Part shown: positions 34,301 to 52,300 of the stretch, in pieces
Layout: every line of letters starts with the position of its first letter
How positions within the stretch are numbered: position 1 is the first letter of the stretch
Assembly: GCA_964016885.1 (NCBI GenBank)
Contig: OZ024741.1
Span: 26,288,001 to 26,352,000, forward strand
Length of the DNA: 64,000 nt
Direction of reading: 5' to 3'
Source of the DNA: Eledone cirrhosa
Lineage: Eukaryota
The notes under the pieces: generated by a model
Databases searched by the model: none
What the model saw: the letters and a program-made list of their open reading frames with translations, nothing else
What the model was told of the DNA's origin: nothing
Made by a program: the position numbers and the translations under genes

Positions 34301-37300
34301 ATACTGTCTATAATGACAACAATAGTATTGAATATATACATTTTCTGGAGTCCAGTATTGGTATGTTCTATATACCAGGACTGGTGGACCAATACTGTCT
34401 ATAATGACAACAATAGTATTGAATATATATAATTTCTGGAGTTCAGTATTGGTATGTTTTATATACCAGGACTGGTGGACCAATACTGTCTATAATGACA
34501 ACAATAGTATTGAATATATATAATTTCTGGATCAAGTATTGGTATGTTCTATATACCAGGACTGGTGGACCAATACTGTCTATAATGACAACAATAGTAT
34601 TGAATATATACAATTTCTGGAGTCCAGTATTGGTATGTTCTATATACCAGGACTGGTGGACCAATACTGACTATAATGACAACAATAGTATTGAATATAT
34701 ATAATTTCTGGAGTCCAGTATTGGTATGTTCTATATACCAGGACTGGTGGACCAATACTGTCTATAATGACAACAATATTATTGAATATATACATTTTCT
34801 GGAGTCCAGTATTGGTATGTTCTATATACCAGGACTGGTGGACCAATACTGTCTATAATGACAACAATAGTATTGAATATATACAATTTCTGGAGTCCAG
34901 TATTGGTATGTTCTATATACCAGGACTGGTGGACCAATACTGACTATAATGACAACAATAGTATTGAATATATATAATTTCTGGAGTCCAGTATTGGTAT
35001 GTTCTATATACCAGGACTGGTGGACCAATACTGTCTATAATGACAACAATATTATTGAATATATACATTTCTGAAGTCCAGTATTGGTATGTTCTATATA
35101 CCAGGACTGGTGGACCAATACTGTCTATAATGACAACAATAGTATTGAATATATACAATTTCTGGAGTCCAGTATTGGTATGTTCTATATACCAGGACTG
35201 GTGGATCAATACTGTCTATAATGACAACAATAGTATTGAATATATACAATTTCTGGAGTCCAGTATTGGTATGTTCTATATACCAGGACTGGTGGACAAA
35301 TACTGTCTATAATGACAACAATAGTATTGAATATATATAATTTCTGGAGTCCAGTATTGGTATGTTCTATATACCAGGACTGGTGGACCAATACTGTCTA
35401 TAATGACAACAATAGTATTGAATATATATAATTTCTGGAGTCCAGTATTGCTATGTTCTATATACCAGGACTGGTGGACCAATACTGTCTATAATGACAA
35501 CAATTGTATTGAATATTTACAATTTCTGGAGTCCAGTATTGGTATGTTCTATATACCAGGACTGGTGGACCAATACTGACTATAATGACAACAATTGTAT
35601 TGAATATATATAATTTCTGGAGTCCAGTATTGGTATGTTCTATATACTAGGACTGGTGGCCCAATACTGTCTATAATGACAACAATAGTATTGAATATAT
35701 ACTATTTCTGGAGTCCAGTATTGGTATGTTCTATATACCAAGACTGGTGGACCAATACTGTCTATAATGACAACAATAGTATAGAATATATACAATTTCT
35801 GGAGTCCAGTATTGCTATGTTCTATATACCAAGACTGGTGGACCAATACTGTCTATAATGACAACAATAGTATTGAATATATATAATTTCTGGAGTCCAG
35901 TATTGCTATGTTCTATATACCAGGACTGGTGGACCAATACTGTCTATAATGACAACAATAGTATTGAATATATATAATTTCTGGAGTCAAGTATTGGTAT
36001 GTTCTATATACCAGGACTGGTGGACAAATATTGTCTATAATGACGACAATAGTATTGAATATATATAATTTCTGGAGTCCAGTATTGCTATGTTCTATAT
36101 ACCAGGACTGGTGGACCAATACTGTCTATAATGACAACAATAGTATTGAATATATATAATTTCTGGAGTCAAGTATTGGTATGTTCTATATACCAGGACT
36201 GGTGGACCAATACTGTCTATAATGACAACAATTGTATTGAATATATACAATTTCTGGAGTCCAGTATTGGTATGTTCTATATACCAGGATTGGTGGACCA
36301 ATACTGTCTATAATGACAACAATAGTATTGAATATATACAATTTCTGGAGTCCAGTATTGGTATGTTCTATATACCAGGACTGGTGGACCAATACTGTCT
36401 ATAATGACAACAATAGTATTGAATATATATAATTTCTGGAGTCCAGTATTGGTATGTTCTATATACCAGGACTGGTGGACCAATACTGTCTATAATGACA
36501 ACAATAGTATTGAATATATACAATTTCTGGAGTCCAGTATTGGTATGTTCTATATACCAGGTCTGGTGGACCAATACTGTCTATAATGACAACAATAGTA
36601 TTGAATATATACATTTTCTGGAGTCCAGTATTGGTATGTTCTATATACCAGGACTCGTGGACCAATACTGTCTATAATGACAACAATAGTATTGAATATA
36701 TATAATTTCTGGAGTCCAGTATTGGTATGTTCTATATACCAGGACTGGTGGACCTATACTGTCTATAATGACAACAATAGTATTGAATATATACAATTTC
36801 TGGAGTCCAGTATTGGTATGTTCTATATACCAGGACTGGTGGACCAATACTGTCTATAATGACAACAATAGTATTGAATATATACATTTTCTGGAGTCCA
36901 GTATTGGTATGTTCTATATACCAGGACTGGTGGACCAATACTGTCTATAATGACAACAATAGTATTGAATATATACAATTTCTGGAGTCCAGTATTGGTA
37001 TGTTCTATATACCAGGACTGGTGGACCAATACTGTCTATAATGACAACAATAGTATTGAATATATACATTTTCTGGAGTCCAGTATTGGTATGTTCTATA
37101 TACCAGGACTGGTGGACCAATACTGTCTATAATGACAACAATAGTATTGAATATATACAATTTCTGGAGTCCAGTATTGGTATGTTCTATATACCAAGAC
37201 TGGTGGACCAATACTGTCTATAAGGACAACAATTGTATTGAGTATATATAATTTCTGGAGTCCAGTATTGGTATGTTCTATATACCAAGACTGGTGGACC

Positions 37301-40300
37301 AATACTGTCTATAATGACAACAATAGTATTGAATATATATAATTTCTGGATCAAGTATTGGCATGTTCTATATACCAAGACTGGTGGACCAATACTGTCT
37401 ATAATGACTACAATAGTATTGAATATATACAATTTCTGGAGTCCAGTATTGGTATGTTCTATATACCAAGACTGGTGGACCAATACTGTCTATAAGGACA
37501 ACAATTGTATTGAATATATATAATTTCTGGAGTCCAGTATTGGTATGTTCTATATACCAAGACTGGTGGACCAATACTGTCTATAATGACAACAATAGTA
37601 TTGAATATATATAATTTCTGGAGTCCAGTATTGGTATGTTCTATATACCAGGACTGGTGGACCAATACTGTCTATAATGACAACAATAGTATTGAATATA
37701 TATAATTTCTGGATCAAGTATTGGTATGTTCTATATACCAAGACTGGTGGACCAATACTGTGTATAATGACTACAATAGTATTGAATATATATAATTTCT
37801 GGAGTCCAGTATTGGTATGTTCTATATACCAGGACTGGTGGACCAATACTGTCTATAATGACAACAATAGTATTGAATATATATAATTTCTGGATCAAGT
37901 ATTGGTATGTTCTATATACCAAGACTGGTGGACCAATACTGTCTATAATGACTACAATAGTATTGAATATATACAATTTCTGGAGTCCAGTATTGGTATG
38001 TTCTATATACCAAGACTGGTGGACCAATACTGTCTATAAGGACAACAATTGTATTGAATATATATAATTTCTGGAGTCCAGTATTGGTATGTTCTATATA
38101 CCAAGACTGGTGGACCAATACTGTCTATAATGACAACAATAGTATTGAATATATATAATTTCTGGAGTCCAGTATTGGTATGTTCTATATACCAGGACTG
38201 GTGGACCAATACTGTCTATAATGACAACAATAGTATTGAATATATATAATTTCTGGATCAAGTATTAGTATGTTCTATATACCAAGACTGGTGGACCAAT
38301 ACTGTGTATAATGACTACAATAGTATTGAATATATATAATTTCTGGAGTCCAGTATTGGTATGTTCTATATACCAGGACTGGTGGACCAATACTGTCTAT
38401 AATGACAACAATAGTATTGAATATATATAATTTCTGGATCAAGTATTGGTATGTTCTATATACCAAGACTGGTGGACCAATACTGTCTATAATGACAACA
38501 ATAGTATTGAATATATATAATTTCTGGATCAAGTATTGGTATGTTCTATATACCAAGACTGGTGGACCAATACTGTGTATAATGACTACAATAGTATTGA
38601 ATATATATAATTTCTGGAGTCCAGTATTGCTATGTTCTATATACCAGGACTGGTGGACCAATACTGTCTATAATGACAACAATAGTATTGAATATATACA
38701 ATTTCTGGAGTCCAGTATTGGTATGTTCTATATACCAGGACTGGTGGACCAATACTGTCTATAATGACAACAATTGTATTGAATATATACAATTTCTGGA
38801 GTCCAGTATTGGTATGTTCTATATACCAGGACTGGTGGACCAATACTGTCTATAATGACAACAATAGTATTGAATATATACAATTTCTGGAGTCCAGTAT
38901 TGGTATGTTCTATATACCAGGACTGGTGGACCAATACTGTCTATAATGACAACAATAGTATTGAATATATATAATTTCTGGATCAAGTATTGGTATGTTC
39001 TATATACCAGGACTGGTGGACCAATACAGTCTATAATGACAACAATAGTATTGAATATATATAATTTCTGGAGTCCAGTATTGGTATGTTCTATATACCA
39101 GGACTGGTGGACCAATACTGTCTATAATGACAACAATAGTATTGAATATATACATTTTCTGGAGTCCAGTATTGGTATGTTCTATATACCAGGACTGGTG
39201 GACAAATACTGTCTATAATGACAACAATAGTATTGAATATATACAATTTCTGGAGTCCAGTATTGCTATGTTCTATATACCAAGACTGGTGGACCAATTC
39301 TGTCTATAATGACAACAATAGTATTGAATATATACAATTTCTGGAGTCCAGTATTGCTATGTTCTATATACCAGGACTGGTGGACAAATACTGTCTATAA
39401 TGACAACAATAGTATTGAATATATACAATTTCTGGAGTCCAGTATTGGTATGTTCTATATACCAAGACTGGTGGACCAATTCTGTCTATAATGACAACAA
39501 TTGTATTGAATATATACAATTTCTGGAGTCCAGTATTGCTATGTTCTATATACCAGGACTGGTGGACCAATACTGTCTATAATGACAACAATTGTATTGA
39601 ATATATACAATTTCTGGAGTCCAGTATTGGTATGTTCTATATACCAGGACTGGTGGACCAATACTGTCTATAATGACAACAATAGTATTGAATATATACA
39701 ATTTCTGGAGTCCAGTATTGGTATGTTCTATATACCAGGACTGGTGGACCAATACTGTCTATAATGACAACAATATTATTGAATATATACATTTTCTGGA
39801 GTCCAGTATTGGTATGTTCTATATACCAGGACTGGTGGACCAATACTGTCTATAATGACAACAATAGTATTGAATATATACAATTTCTGGAGTCCAGTAT
39901 TGGTATGTTCTATATACCAGGACTGGTGGATCAATACTGTCTATAATGACAACAATAGTATTGAATATATACAATTTCTGGAGTCCAGTATTGGTATGTT
40001 CTATATACCAGGACTGGTGGACAAATACTGTCTATAATGACAACAATAGTATTGAATATATATAATTTCTGGAGTCAAGTATTGGTATGTTCTATATACC
40101 AAGACTGGTGGACCAATATTGTCTATAATGACAACAATAGTATTGAATATATATAATTTCTGGAGTCCAGTATTGCTATGTTCTATATACCAGGACTGGT
40201 GGACCAATACTGTCTATAATGACAACAATTGTATTGAATATTTACAATTTCTGGAGTCCAGTATTGGTATGTTCTATATACCAGGACTGGTGGACCAATA

Positions 40301-43300
40301 CTGACTATAATGACAACAATTGTATTGAATATATATAATTTCTGGAGTCCAGTATTGGTATGTTCTATATACCAGGACTGGTGGACAAATACTGTCTATA
40401 ATGACAACAATACTATTGAATATATACAATTTCTGGAGTCCAGTATTGGTATGTTCTATATACCAGGACTGGAGGACCAATACTGTCTATAATGACTACA
40501 ATAGTATTGAATATATACAATTTCTGGAGTCCAGTATTGGTATGTTCTATATACCAGGACTGGTGGACCAATACTGTCTATAATGACAACAATAGTATTG
40601 AATATATACAATTTCTGGAGTCCAGTATTGGTATGTTCTATATACTAGGACTGGTGGACCAATACTGTCTATAATGACAACAATAGTATTGAATATATAC
40701 AACTTCTGGAGTCCAGTATTGGTATGTTCTATATACCAAGACTGGTGGACCAATACTGTCTATAATGACAACAATAGTATTGAATATATACAATTTCTGG
40801 AGTCCAGTATTGGTATGTTCTATATACCAAGACTGGTGGACCAATACTGTCTATAATGACAACAATAGTATTGAATATATATAATTTCTGGAGTCCAGTA
40901 TTGCTATGTTCTATATACCAGGACTGGTGGACAAATACTGTCTATAATGACAACAATAGTATTGAATATATATAATTTCTGGAGTCAAGTATTGGTATGT
41001 TCTATATACCAAGACTGGTGGACCAATACTGTCTATAATGACAACAATAGTATTGAATATTTACAATTTCTGGAGTCCAGTATTGGTATGTTCTATATAC
41101 CAAGACTGGTGGACCAATACTGTCTATAATGACAACAATAGTATTGAATATATATAATTTCTGGAGTCCAGTATTGCTATGTTCTATATACCAGGACTGG
41201 TGGACCAATACTGTCTATAATGACAACAATAGTATTGAATATATATAATTTCTGGAGTCCAGTATTGGTATGTTCTATATACCAGGACTGGTGGACCAAT
41301 ACTGTCTATAAGGACAACAATTGTATTGAATATATATAATTTCTGGAGTCCAGTATTGGTATGTTCTATATACCAAGACTGGTGGACCAATACTGTCTAT
41401 AATGACAACAATAGTATTGAATATATATAATTTCTGGATCAAGTATTGGCATGTTCTATATACCAAGACTGGTGGACCAATACTGTCTATAATGACTACA
41501 ATAGTATTGAATATATACAATTTCTGGAGTCCAGTATTGGTATGTTCTATATACCAAGACTGGTGGACCAATACTGTCTATAAGGACAACAATTGTATTG
41601 AATATATATAATTTCTGGAGTCCAGTATTGGTATGTTCTATATACCAAGACTGGTGGACCAATACTGTCTATAATGACAACAATAGTATTGAATATATAT
41701 AATTTCTGGATCAAGTATTGGTATGTTCTATATACCAGGACTGGTGGACCAATACTGTCTATAATGACAACAATAGTATTGAATATATACAGTTTCTGGA
41801 GTCCAGTATTGGTATGTTCTATATACCAAGACTGGTGGACCAATACTGTGTATAATGACTACAATAGTATTGAATATATATAATTTCTGGAGTCCAGTAT
41901 TGGTATGTTCTATATACCAGGACTGGTGGACCAATACTGTCTATAATGACAACAATTGTATTGAATATATATAATTTCTGGAGTCCAGTATTGGTATGTT
42001 CTATATACCAGGACTGGTGGACCAATACTGTCTATAATGACAACAATAGTATTGAATATATACAATTTCTGGAGTCCAGTATTGGTATGTTCTATATACC
42101 AGGACTGGTGGACCAATACTGTCTATAATGACAACAATAGTATTGAATATATATAATTTCTGGATCAAGTATTGGTATGTTCTATATACCAGGACTGGTG
42201 GACCAATACAGTCTATAATGACAACAATAGTATTGAATATATATAATTTCTGGAGTCCAGTATTGGTATGTTCTATATACCAGGACTGGTGGACCAATAC
42301 TGTCTATAATGACAACAATAGTATTGAATATATACATTTTCTGGAGTCCAGTATTGGTATGTTCTATATACCAGGACTGGTGGACAAATACTGTCTATAA
42401 TGACAACAATAGTATTGAATATATACAATTTCTGGAGTCCAGTATTGGTATGTTCTATATACCAGGACTGGTGGACCAATACTGTCTATAATGACAACAA
42501 TAGTATTGAATATATACATTTTCTGGAGTCCAGTATTGGTATGTTCTATATACCAGGACTGGTGGACCAATACTGTCTATAATGACAACAATAGTATTGA
42601 ATATATACAATTTCTGGAGTCCAGTATTGGTATGTTCTATATACCAGGACTGGTGGACCAATACTGTCTATAATGACAACAATATTATTGAATATATACA
42701 TTTTCTGGAGTCCAGTATTGGTATGTTCTATATACCAGGACTGGTGGACCAATACTGTCTATAATGACAACAATAGTATTGAATATATACAATTTCTGGA
42801 GTCCAGTATTGGTATGTTCTATATACCAGGACTGGTGGACAAATACTGTCTATAATGACAACAATAGTATTGAATATATATAATTTCTGGAGTCAAGTAT
42901 TGGTATGTTCTATATACCAGGACTGGTGGATCAATACTGTCTATAATGACAACAATAGTATTGAATATATACAATTTCTGTAGTCCAGTATTGGTATGTT
43001 CTATATACCAGGACTGGTGGACAAATACTGTCTATAATGACAACAATAGTATTGAATATATATAATTTCTGGAGTCAAGTATTGGTATGTTCTATATACC
43101 AAGACTGGTGGACCAATATTGTCTATAATGACAATAATAGTATTGAATATATATAATTTCTGGAGTCCAGTATTGGTATGTTCTATATACCAGGACTGGT
43201 GGACCAATATTGTCTATAATGACAACAATTGTATTGAATATTTACAATTTCTGGAGTCCAGTATTGGTATGTTCTATATACCAGGACTGGTGGACCAATA

Positions 43301-46300
43301 CTGACTATAATGACAACAATTGTATTGAATATATATAATTTCTGGAGTCCAGTATTGGTATGTTCTATATACCAGGACTGGTGGACCAATATTGTCTATA
43401 ATGACAACAATTGTATTGAATATTTACAATTTCTGGAGTCCAGTATTGGTATGTTCTATATACCAGGACTGGTGGACCAATACTGACTATAATGACAACA
43501 ATTGTATTGAATATATATAATTTCTGGAGTCCAGTATTGGTATGTTCTATATACCAGGACTGGTGGACCAATACTGACTATAATGACAACAATTGTATTG
43601 AATATATATAATTTCTGGAGTCCAGTATTGGTATGTTCTATATACCAGGACTGGTGGACCAATATTGTCTATAATGACAACAATAGTATTGAATATATAT
43701 AATTTCTGGAGTCCAGTATTGGTATGTTCTATATACCAGGACTGGTGGACCAATACTGTCTATAATGACAACAATTGTATTGAATATTTACAATTTCTGG
43801 AGTCCAGTATTGGTATGTTCTATATACCAGGACTGGTGGACCAATACTGTCTATAATGACAACAATTGTATTGAATATATATAATTTCTGGAGTCCAGTA
43901 TTGGTATGTTCTATATACCAGGACTGGTGGACAAATACTGTCTATAATGACAACAATAATATTGAATATATACAATTTCTGGAGTCCAGTATTGGTATGT
44001 TCTATATACCAGGACTGGAGGACCAATACTGTCTATAATGACAACAATAGTATTGAATATATACAATTTCTGGAGTCCAGTATTGGTATGTTCTATATAC
44101 CAGGACTGGTGGACCAATACTGTCTATAATGACAACAATAGTATTGAACATATACAATTTCTGGAGTCCAGTATTGGTATGTTCTATATACCAAGACTGG
44201 TGGACCAATACTGTCTATAATGACAACAATAGTATTGAATATATACAATTTCTGGAGTCCAGTATTGGTATGTTCTATATACCAAGACTGGTGGACCAAT
44301 ACTGTCTATAATGACAACAATAGTATTGAATATATATAATTTCTGGAGTCCAGTATTGCTATGTTCTATATACCAGGACTGGTGGACCAATACTGTCTAT
44401 AATGACAACAATAGTATTGAATATATATAATTTCTGGAGTCCAGTATTGGTATGTTCTATATACCAGGACTGGTGGACCAATACTGTCTATAATGACAAC
44501 AATAGTATTGAATATATACAATTTCTGGAGTCCAGTATTGGTATGTTCTATATCCCGGGACTGGTGGACCAATACTGTCTATAATGACAACAATAGTATT
44601 GAATATATACAATTTCTGGAGTCCAGTATTGGTATGTTCTATATACCAGGACTGGTGGACCAATACTGTCTATAATGACAACAATAGTATTGAATATATA
44701 CATTTTCTGGAGTCCAGTATTGGTATGTTCTATATACCAGGACTGGTGGACTAATACTGTCTATAATGACAACAATAGTATTGAATATATATAATTTCTG
44801 GAGTCCAGTATTGGTATGTTCTATATACCAGGACTGGTGGACCAATACTGTCTATAATGACAACAATAGTATTGAATATATACAATTTCTGGAGTCCAGT
44901 ATTGGTATGTTCCATATACCAGGACTGGTGGACCAATACTGTCTATAATGACAACAATAGTATTGAATATATATAATTTCTGGAGTCCAGTATTGGTATG
45001 TTCTATATACCAGGACTGGTGGACCAATACTGTCTATAATGACAACAATAGTATTGAATATATACAATTTCTAGAGTCCAGTATTGGTATGTTCTATATA
45101 CCAGGTCTGGTGGACCAATACTGTCTATAATGACAACAATAGTATTGAATATATACATTTTCTGGAGTCCAGTATTGGTATGTTCTATATACCAGGACTG
45201 GTGGACCAATACTGTCTATAATGACAACAATAGTATTGAATATATATAATTTCTGGAGTCCAGTATTGGTATGTTCTATATACCAGGACTGGTGGACCAA
45301 TACTGTCTATAATGACAACAATAGTATTGAATATATACAATTTCTGGAGTCCAGTATTGGTATGTTCTATATACCAGGACTGGTGGACCAATACTGTCTA
45401 TAATGACAACAATAGTATTGAATATATACAATTTCTGGAGTCCAGTATTGGTATGTTCTATATACCAGGACTGGTGGACCAATACTGTCTATAATGACAA
45501 CAATAGTATTGAATATATACATTTTCTGGAGTCCAGTATTGGTATGTTCTATATACCAGGACTGGTGGACCAATACTGTCTATAATGACAACAATAGTAT
45601 TGAATATATACAATTTCTGGAGTCCAGTATTGGTATGTTCTATATACCAGGACTGGTGGATCAATACTGTCTATAATGACAACAATAGTATTGAATATAT
45701 ACAATTTCTGGAGTCCAGTATTGGTATGTTCTATATACCAGGACTGGTGGACCAATACTGTCTATAATGACAACAATAGTATTGAATATATACAATTTCT
45801 GGAGTCAAGTATTGGTATGTTCTATATACCAGGACTGGTGGACCAATACTGTCTATAATGACAACAATAATATTGAATATATACAATTTCTGGAGTCCAG
45901 TATTGGTATGTTCTATATACCAGGACTGGTGGACCAATACTGTCTATAATGACAACAATAGTATTGAATATATATAATTTCTGGAGTCAAGTATTGGTAT
46001 GTTCTATATACCAAGACTGGTGGACCAATATTGTCTATAATGACAACAATAGTATTGAATATATATAATTTCTGGAGTCCAGTATTTCTATGTTCTATAT
46101 ACCAGGACTGGTGGACCAATACTGTCTATAATGACAACAATAGTATTGAATATTTACAATTTCTGGAGTCCAGTATTGGTATGTTCTATATACCAGGACT
46201 GGTGGACCAATACTGTCTATAATGACAACAATTGTATTGAATATTTACAATTTCTGGAGTCCAGTATTGGTATGTTCTATATACCAGGACTGGTGGACCA

Positions 46301-49300
46301 ATACTGTCTATAATGACAACAATTGTATTGAATATATATAATTTCTGGAGTCCAGTATTGGTATGTTCTATATACCAGGACTGGTGGACCAATACTGTCT
46401 ATAATGACAACAATTGTATTGAATATATATAATTTCTGGAGTCCAGTATTGGTATGTTCTATATACCAGGACTGGTGGACAAATACTGTCTATAATGACA
46501 ACAATAGTATTGAATATATATAATTTCTGGAGTCCAGTATTGGTATGTTCTATATACCAGGACTGGTGGACCAATACTGTCTATAATGACAACAATTGTA
46601 TTGAATATATATAATTTCTGGAGTCCAGTATTGGTATGTTCTATATACCAGGACTGGTGGACCAATACTGTCTATAATGACAACAATAGTATTGAATATA
46701 TACAATTTCTGGAGTCCAGTATTGGTATGTTCTATATACCAGGACTGGTGGACAAATACTGTCTATAATGACAACAATAGTATTGAATATATATAATTTC
46801 TGGAGTCAAGTATTGGTATGTTCTATATACCAAGACTGGTGGACCAATATTGTCTATAATGACAACAATAGTATTGAATATATATAATTTCTGGAGTCCA
46901 GTATTGCTATGTTCTATATACCAGGACTGGTGGACCAATACTGTCTATAATGACAACAATTGTATTGAATATTTACAATTTCTGGAGTCCAGTATTGGTA
47001 TGTTCTATATACCAGGACTGGTGGACCAATACTGACTATAATGACAACAATTGTATTGAATATATATAATTTCTGGAGTCCAGTATTGGTATGTTCTATA
47101 TACCAGGACTGGTGGACAAATACTGTCTATAATGACAACAATACTATTGAATATATACAATTTCTGGAGTCCAGTATTGGTATGTTCTATATACCAGGAC
47201 TGGAGGACCAATACTGTCTATAATGACTACAATAGTATTGAATATATACAATTTCTGGAGTCCAGTATTGGTATGTTCTATATACCAGGACTGGTGGACC
47301 AATACTGTCTATAATGACAACAATAGTATTGAATATATACAATTTCTGGAGTCCAGTATTGGTATGTTCTATATACTAGGACTGGTGGACCAATACTGTC
47401 TATAATGACAACAATAGTATTGAATATATACAACTTCTGGAGTCCAGTATTGGTATGTTCTATATACCAAGACTGGTGGACCAATACTGTCTATAATGAC
47501 AACAATAGTATTGAATATATACAATTTCTGGAGTCCAGTATTGGTATGTTCTATATACCAAGACTGGTGGACCAATACTGTCTATAATGACAACAATAGT
47601 ATTGAATATATATAATTTCTGGAGTCCAGTATTGCTATGTTCTATATACCAGGACTGGTGGACAAATACTGTCTATAATGACAACAATAGTATTGAATAT
47701 ATATAATTTCTGGAGTCAAGTATTGGTATGTTCTATATACCAAGACTGGTGGACCAATACTGTCTATAATGACAACAATAGTATTGAATATTTACAATTT
47801 CTGGAGTCCAGTATTGGTATGTTCTATATACCAAGACTGGTGGACCAATACTGTCTATAATGACAACAATAGTATTGAATATATATAATTTCTGGAGTCC
47901 AGTATTGCTATGTTCTATATACCAGGACTGGTGGACCAATACTGTCTATAATGACAACAATAGTATTGAATATATATAATTTCTGGAGTCCAGTATTGGT
48001 ATGTTCTATATACCAGGACTGGTGGACCAATACTGTCTATAAGGACAACAATTGTATTGAATATATATAATTTCTGGAGTCCAGTATTGGTATGTTCTAT
48101 ATACCAAGACTGGTGGACCAATACTGTCTATAATGACAACAATAGTATTGAATATATATAATTTCTGGATCAAGTATTGGCATGTTCTATATACCAAGAC
48201 TGGTGGACCAATACTGTCTATAATGACTACAATAGTATTGAATATATACAATTTCTGGAGTCCAGTATTGGTATGTTCTATATACCAAGACTGGTGGACC
48301 AATACTGTCTATAAGGACAACAATTGTATTGAATATATATAATTTCTGGAGTCCAGTATTGGTATGTTCTATATACCAAGACTGGTGGACCAATACTGTC
48401 TATAATGACAACAATAGTATTGAATATATATAATTTCTGGATCAAGTATTGGTATGTTCTATATACCAGGACTGGTGGACCAATACTGTCTATAATGACA
48501 ACAATAGTATTGAATATATACAGTTTCTGGAGTCCAGTATTGGTATGTTCTATATACCAAGACTGGTGGACCAATACTGTGTATAATGACTACAATAGTA
48601 TTGAATATATATAATTTCTGGAGTCCAGTATTGGTATGTTCTATATACCAGGACTGGTGGACCAATACTGTCTATAATGACAACAATTGTATTGAATATA
48701 TATAATTTCTGGAGTCCAGTATTGGTATGTTCTATATACCAGGACTGGTGGACCAATACTGTCTATAATGACAACAATAGTATTGAATATATACAATTTC
48801 TGGAGTCCAGTATTGGTATGTTCTATATACCAGGACTGGTGGACCAATACTGTCTATAATGACAACAATAGTATTGAATATATATAATTTCTGGATCAAG
48901 TATTGGTATGTTCTATATACCAGGACTGGTGGACCAATACAGTCTATAATGACAACAATAGTATTGAATATATATAATTTCTGGAGTCCAGTATTGGTAT
49001 GTTCTATATACCAGGACTGGTGGACCAATACTGTCTATAATGACAACAATAGTATTGAATATATACATTTTCTGGAGTCCAGTATTGGTATGTTCTATAT
49101 ACCAGGACTGGTGGACAAATACTGTCTATAATGACAACAATAGTATTGAATATATACAATTTCTGGAGTCCAGTATTGGTATGTTCTATATACCAGGACT
49201 GGTGGACCAATACTGTCTATAATGACAACAATAGTATTGAATATATACATTTTCTGGAGTCCAGTATTGGTATGTTCTATATACCAGGACTGGTGGACCA

Positions 49301-52300
49301 ATACTGTCTATAATGACAACAATAGTATTGAATATATACAATTTCTGGAGTCCAGTATTGGTATGTTCTATATACCAGGACTGGTGGACCAATACTGTCT
49401 ATAATGACAACAATATTATTGAATATATACATTTTCTGGAGTCCAGTATTGGTATGTTCTATATACCAGGACTGGTGGACCAATACTGTCTATAATGACA
49501 ACAATAGTATTGAATATATACAATTTCTGGAGTCCAGTATTGGTATGTTCTATATACCAGGACTGGTGGACAAATACTGTCTATAATGACAACAATAGTA
49601 TTGAATATATATAATTTCTGGAGTCAAGTATTGGTATGTTCTATATACCAGGACTGGTGGATCAATACTGTCTATAATGACAACAATAGTATTGAATATA
49701 TACAATTTCTGTAGTCCAGTATTGGTATGTTCTATATACCAGGACTGGTGGACAAATACTGTCTATAATGACAACAATAGTATTGAATATATATAATTTC
49801 TGGAGTCAAGTATTGGTATGTTCTATATACCAAGACTGGTGGACCAATATTGTCTATAATGACAATAATAGTATTGAATATATATAATTTCTGGAGTCCA
49901 GTATTGGTATGTTCTATATACCAGGACTGGTGGACCAATATTGTCTATAATGACAACAATTGTATTGAATATTTACAATTTCTGGAGTCCAGTATTGGTA
50001 TGTTCTATATACCAGGACTGGTGGACCAATACTGACTATAATGACAACAATTGTATTGAATATATATAATTTCTGGAGTCCAGTATTGGTATGTTCTATA
50101 TACCAGGACTGGTGGACCAATATTGTCTATAATGACAACAATTGTATTGAATATTTACAATTTCTGGAGTCCAGTATTGGTATGTTCTATATACCAGGAC
50201 TGGTGGACCAATACTGACTATAATGACAACAATTGTATTGAATATATATAATTTCTGGAGTCCAGTATTGGTATGTTCTATATACCAGGACTGGTGGACC
50301 AATACTGACTATAATGACAACAATTGTATTGAATATATATAATTTCTGGAGTCCAGTATTGGTATGTTCTATATACCAGGACTGGTGGACCAATATTGTC
50401 TATAATGACAACAATAGTATTGAATATATATAATTTCTGGAGTCCAGTATTGGTATGTTCTATATACCAGGACTGGTGGACCAATACTGTCTATAATGAC
50501 AACAATTGTATTGAATATTTACAATTTCTGGAGTCCAGTATTGGTATGTTCTATATACCAGGACTGGTGGACCAATACTGTCTATAATGACAACAATTGT
50601 ATTGAATATATATAATTTCTGGAGTCCAGTATTGGTATGTTCTATATACCAGGACTGGTGGACAAATACTGTCTATAATGACAACAATAATATTGAATAT
50701 ATACAATTTCTGGAGTCCAGTATTGGTATGTTCTATATACCAGGACTGGAGGACCAATACTGTCTATAATGACAACAATAGTATTGAATATATACAATTT
50801 CTGGAGTCCAGTATTGGTATGTTCTATATACCAGGACTGGTGGACCAATACTGTCTATAATGACAACAATAGTATTGAACATATACAATTTCTGGAGTCC
50901 AGTATTGGTATGTTCTATATACCAAGACTGGTGGACCAATACTGTCTATAATGACAACAATAGTATTGAATATATACAATTTCTGGAGTCCAGTATTGGT
51001 ATGTTCTATATACCAAGACTGGTGGACCAATACTGTCTATAATGACAACAATAGTATTGAATATATATAATTTCTGGAGTCCAGTATTGCTATGTTCTAT
51101 ATACCAGGACTGGTGGACCAATACTGTCTATAATGACAACAATAGTATTGAATATATATAATTTCTGGAGTCCAGTATTGGTATGTTCTATATACCAGGA
51201 CTGGTGGACCAATACTGTCTATAATGACAACAATAGTATTGAATATATACAATTTCTGGAGTCCAGTATTGGTATGTTCTATATCCCGGGACTGGTGGAC
51301 CAATACTGTCTATAATGACAACAATAGTATTGAATATATACAATTTCTGGAGTCCAGTATTGGTATGTTCTATATACCAGGACTGGTGGACCAATACTGT
51401 CTATAATGACAACAATAGTATTGAATATATACATTTTCTGGAGTCCAGTATTGGTATGTTCTATATACCAGGACTGGTGGACTAATACTGTCTATAATGA
51501 CAACAATAGTATTGAATATATATAATTTCTGGAGTCCAGTATTGGTATGTTCTATATACCAGGACTGGTGGACCAATACTGTCTATAATGACAACAATAG
51601 TATTGAATATATACAATTTCTGGAGTCCAGTATTGGTATGTTCCATATACCAGGACTGGTGGACCAATACTGTCTATAATGACAACAATAGTATTGAATA
51701 TATATAATTTCTGGAGTCCAGTATTGGTATGTTCTATATACCAGGACTGGTGGACCAATACTGTCTATAATGACAACAATAGTATTGAATATATACAATT
51801 TCTAGAGTCCAGTATTGGTATGTTCTATATACCAGGTCTGGTGGACCAATACTGTCTATAATGACAACAATAGTATTGAATATATACATTTTCTGGAGTC
51901 CAGTATTGGTATGTTCTATATACCAGGACTGGTGGACCAATACTGTCTATAATGACAACAATAGTATTGAATATATATAATTTCTGGAGTCCAGTATTGG
52001 TATGTTCTATATACCAGGACTGGTGGACCAATACTGTCTATAATGACAACAATAGTATTGAATATATACAATTTCTGGAGTCCAGTATTGGTATGTTCTA
52101 TATACCAGGACTGGTGGACCAATACTGTCTATAATGACAACAATAGTATTGAATATATACAATTTCTGGAGTCCAGTATTGGTATGTTCTATATACCAGG
52201 ACTGGTGGACCAATACTGTCTATAATGACAACAATAGTATTGAATATATACATTTTCTGGAGTCCAGTATTGGTATGTTCTATATACCAGGACTGGTGGA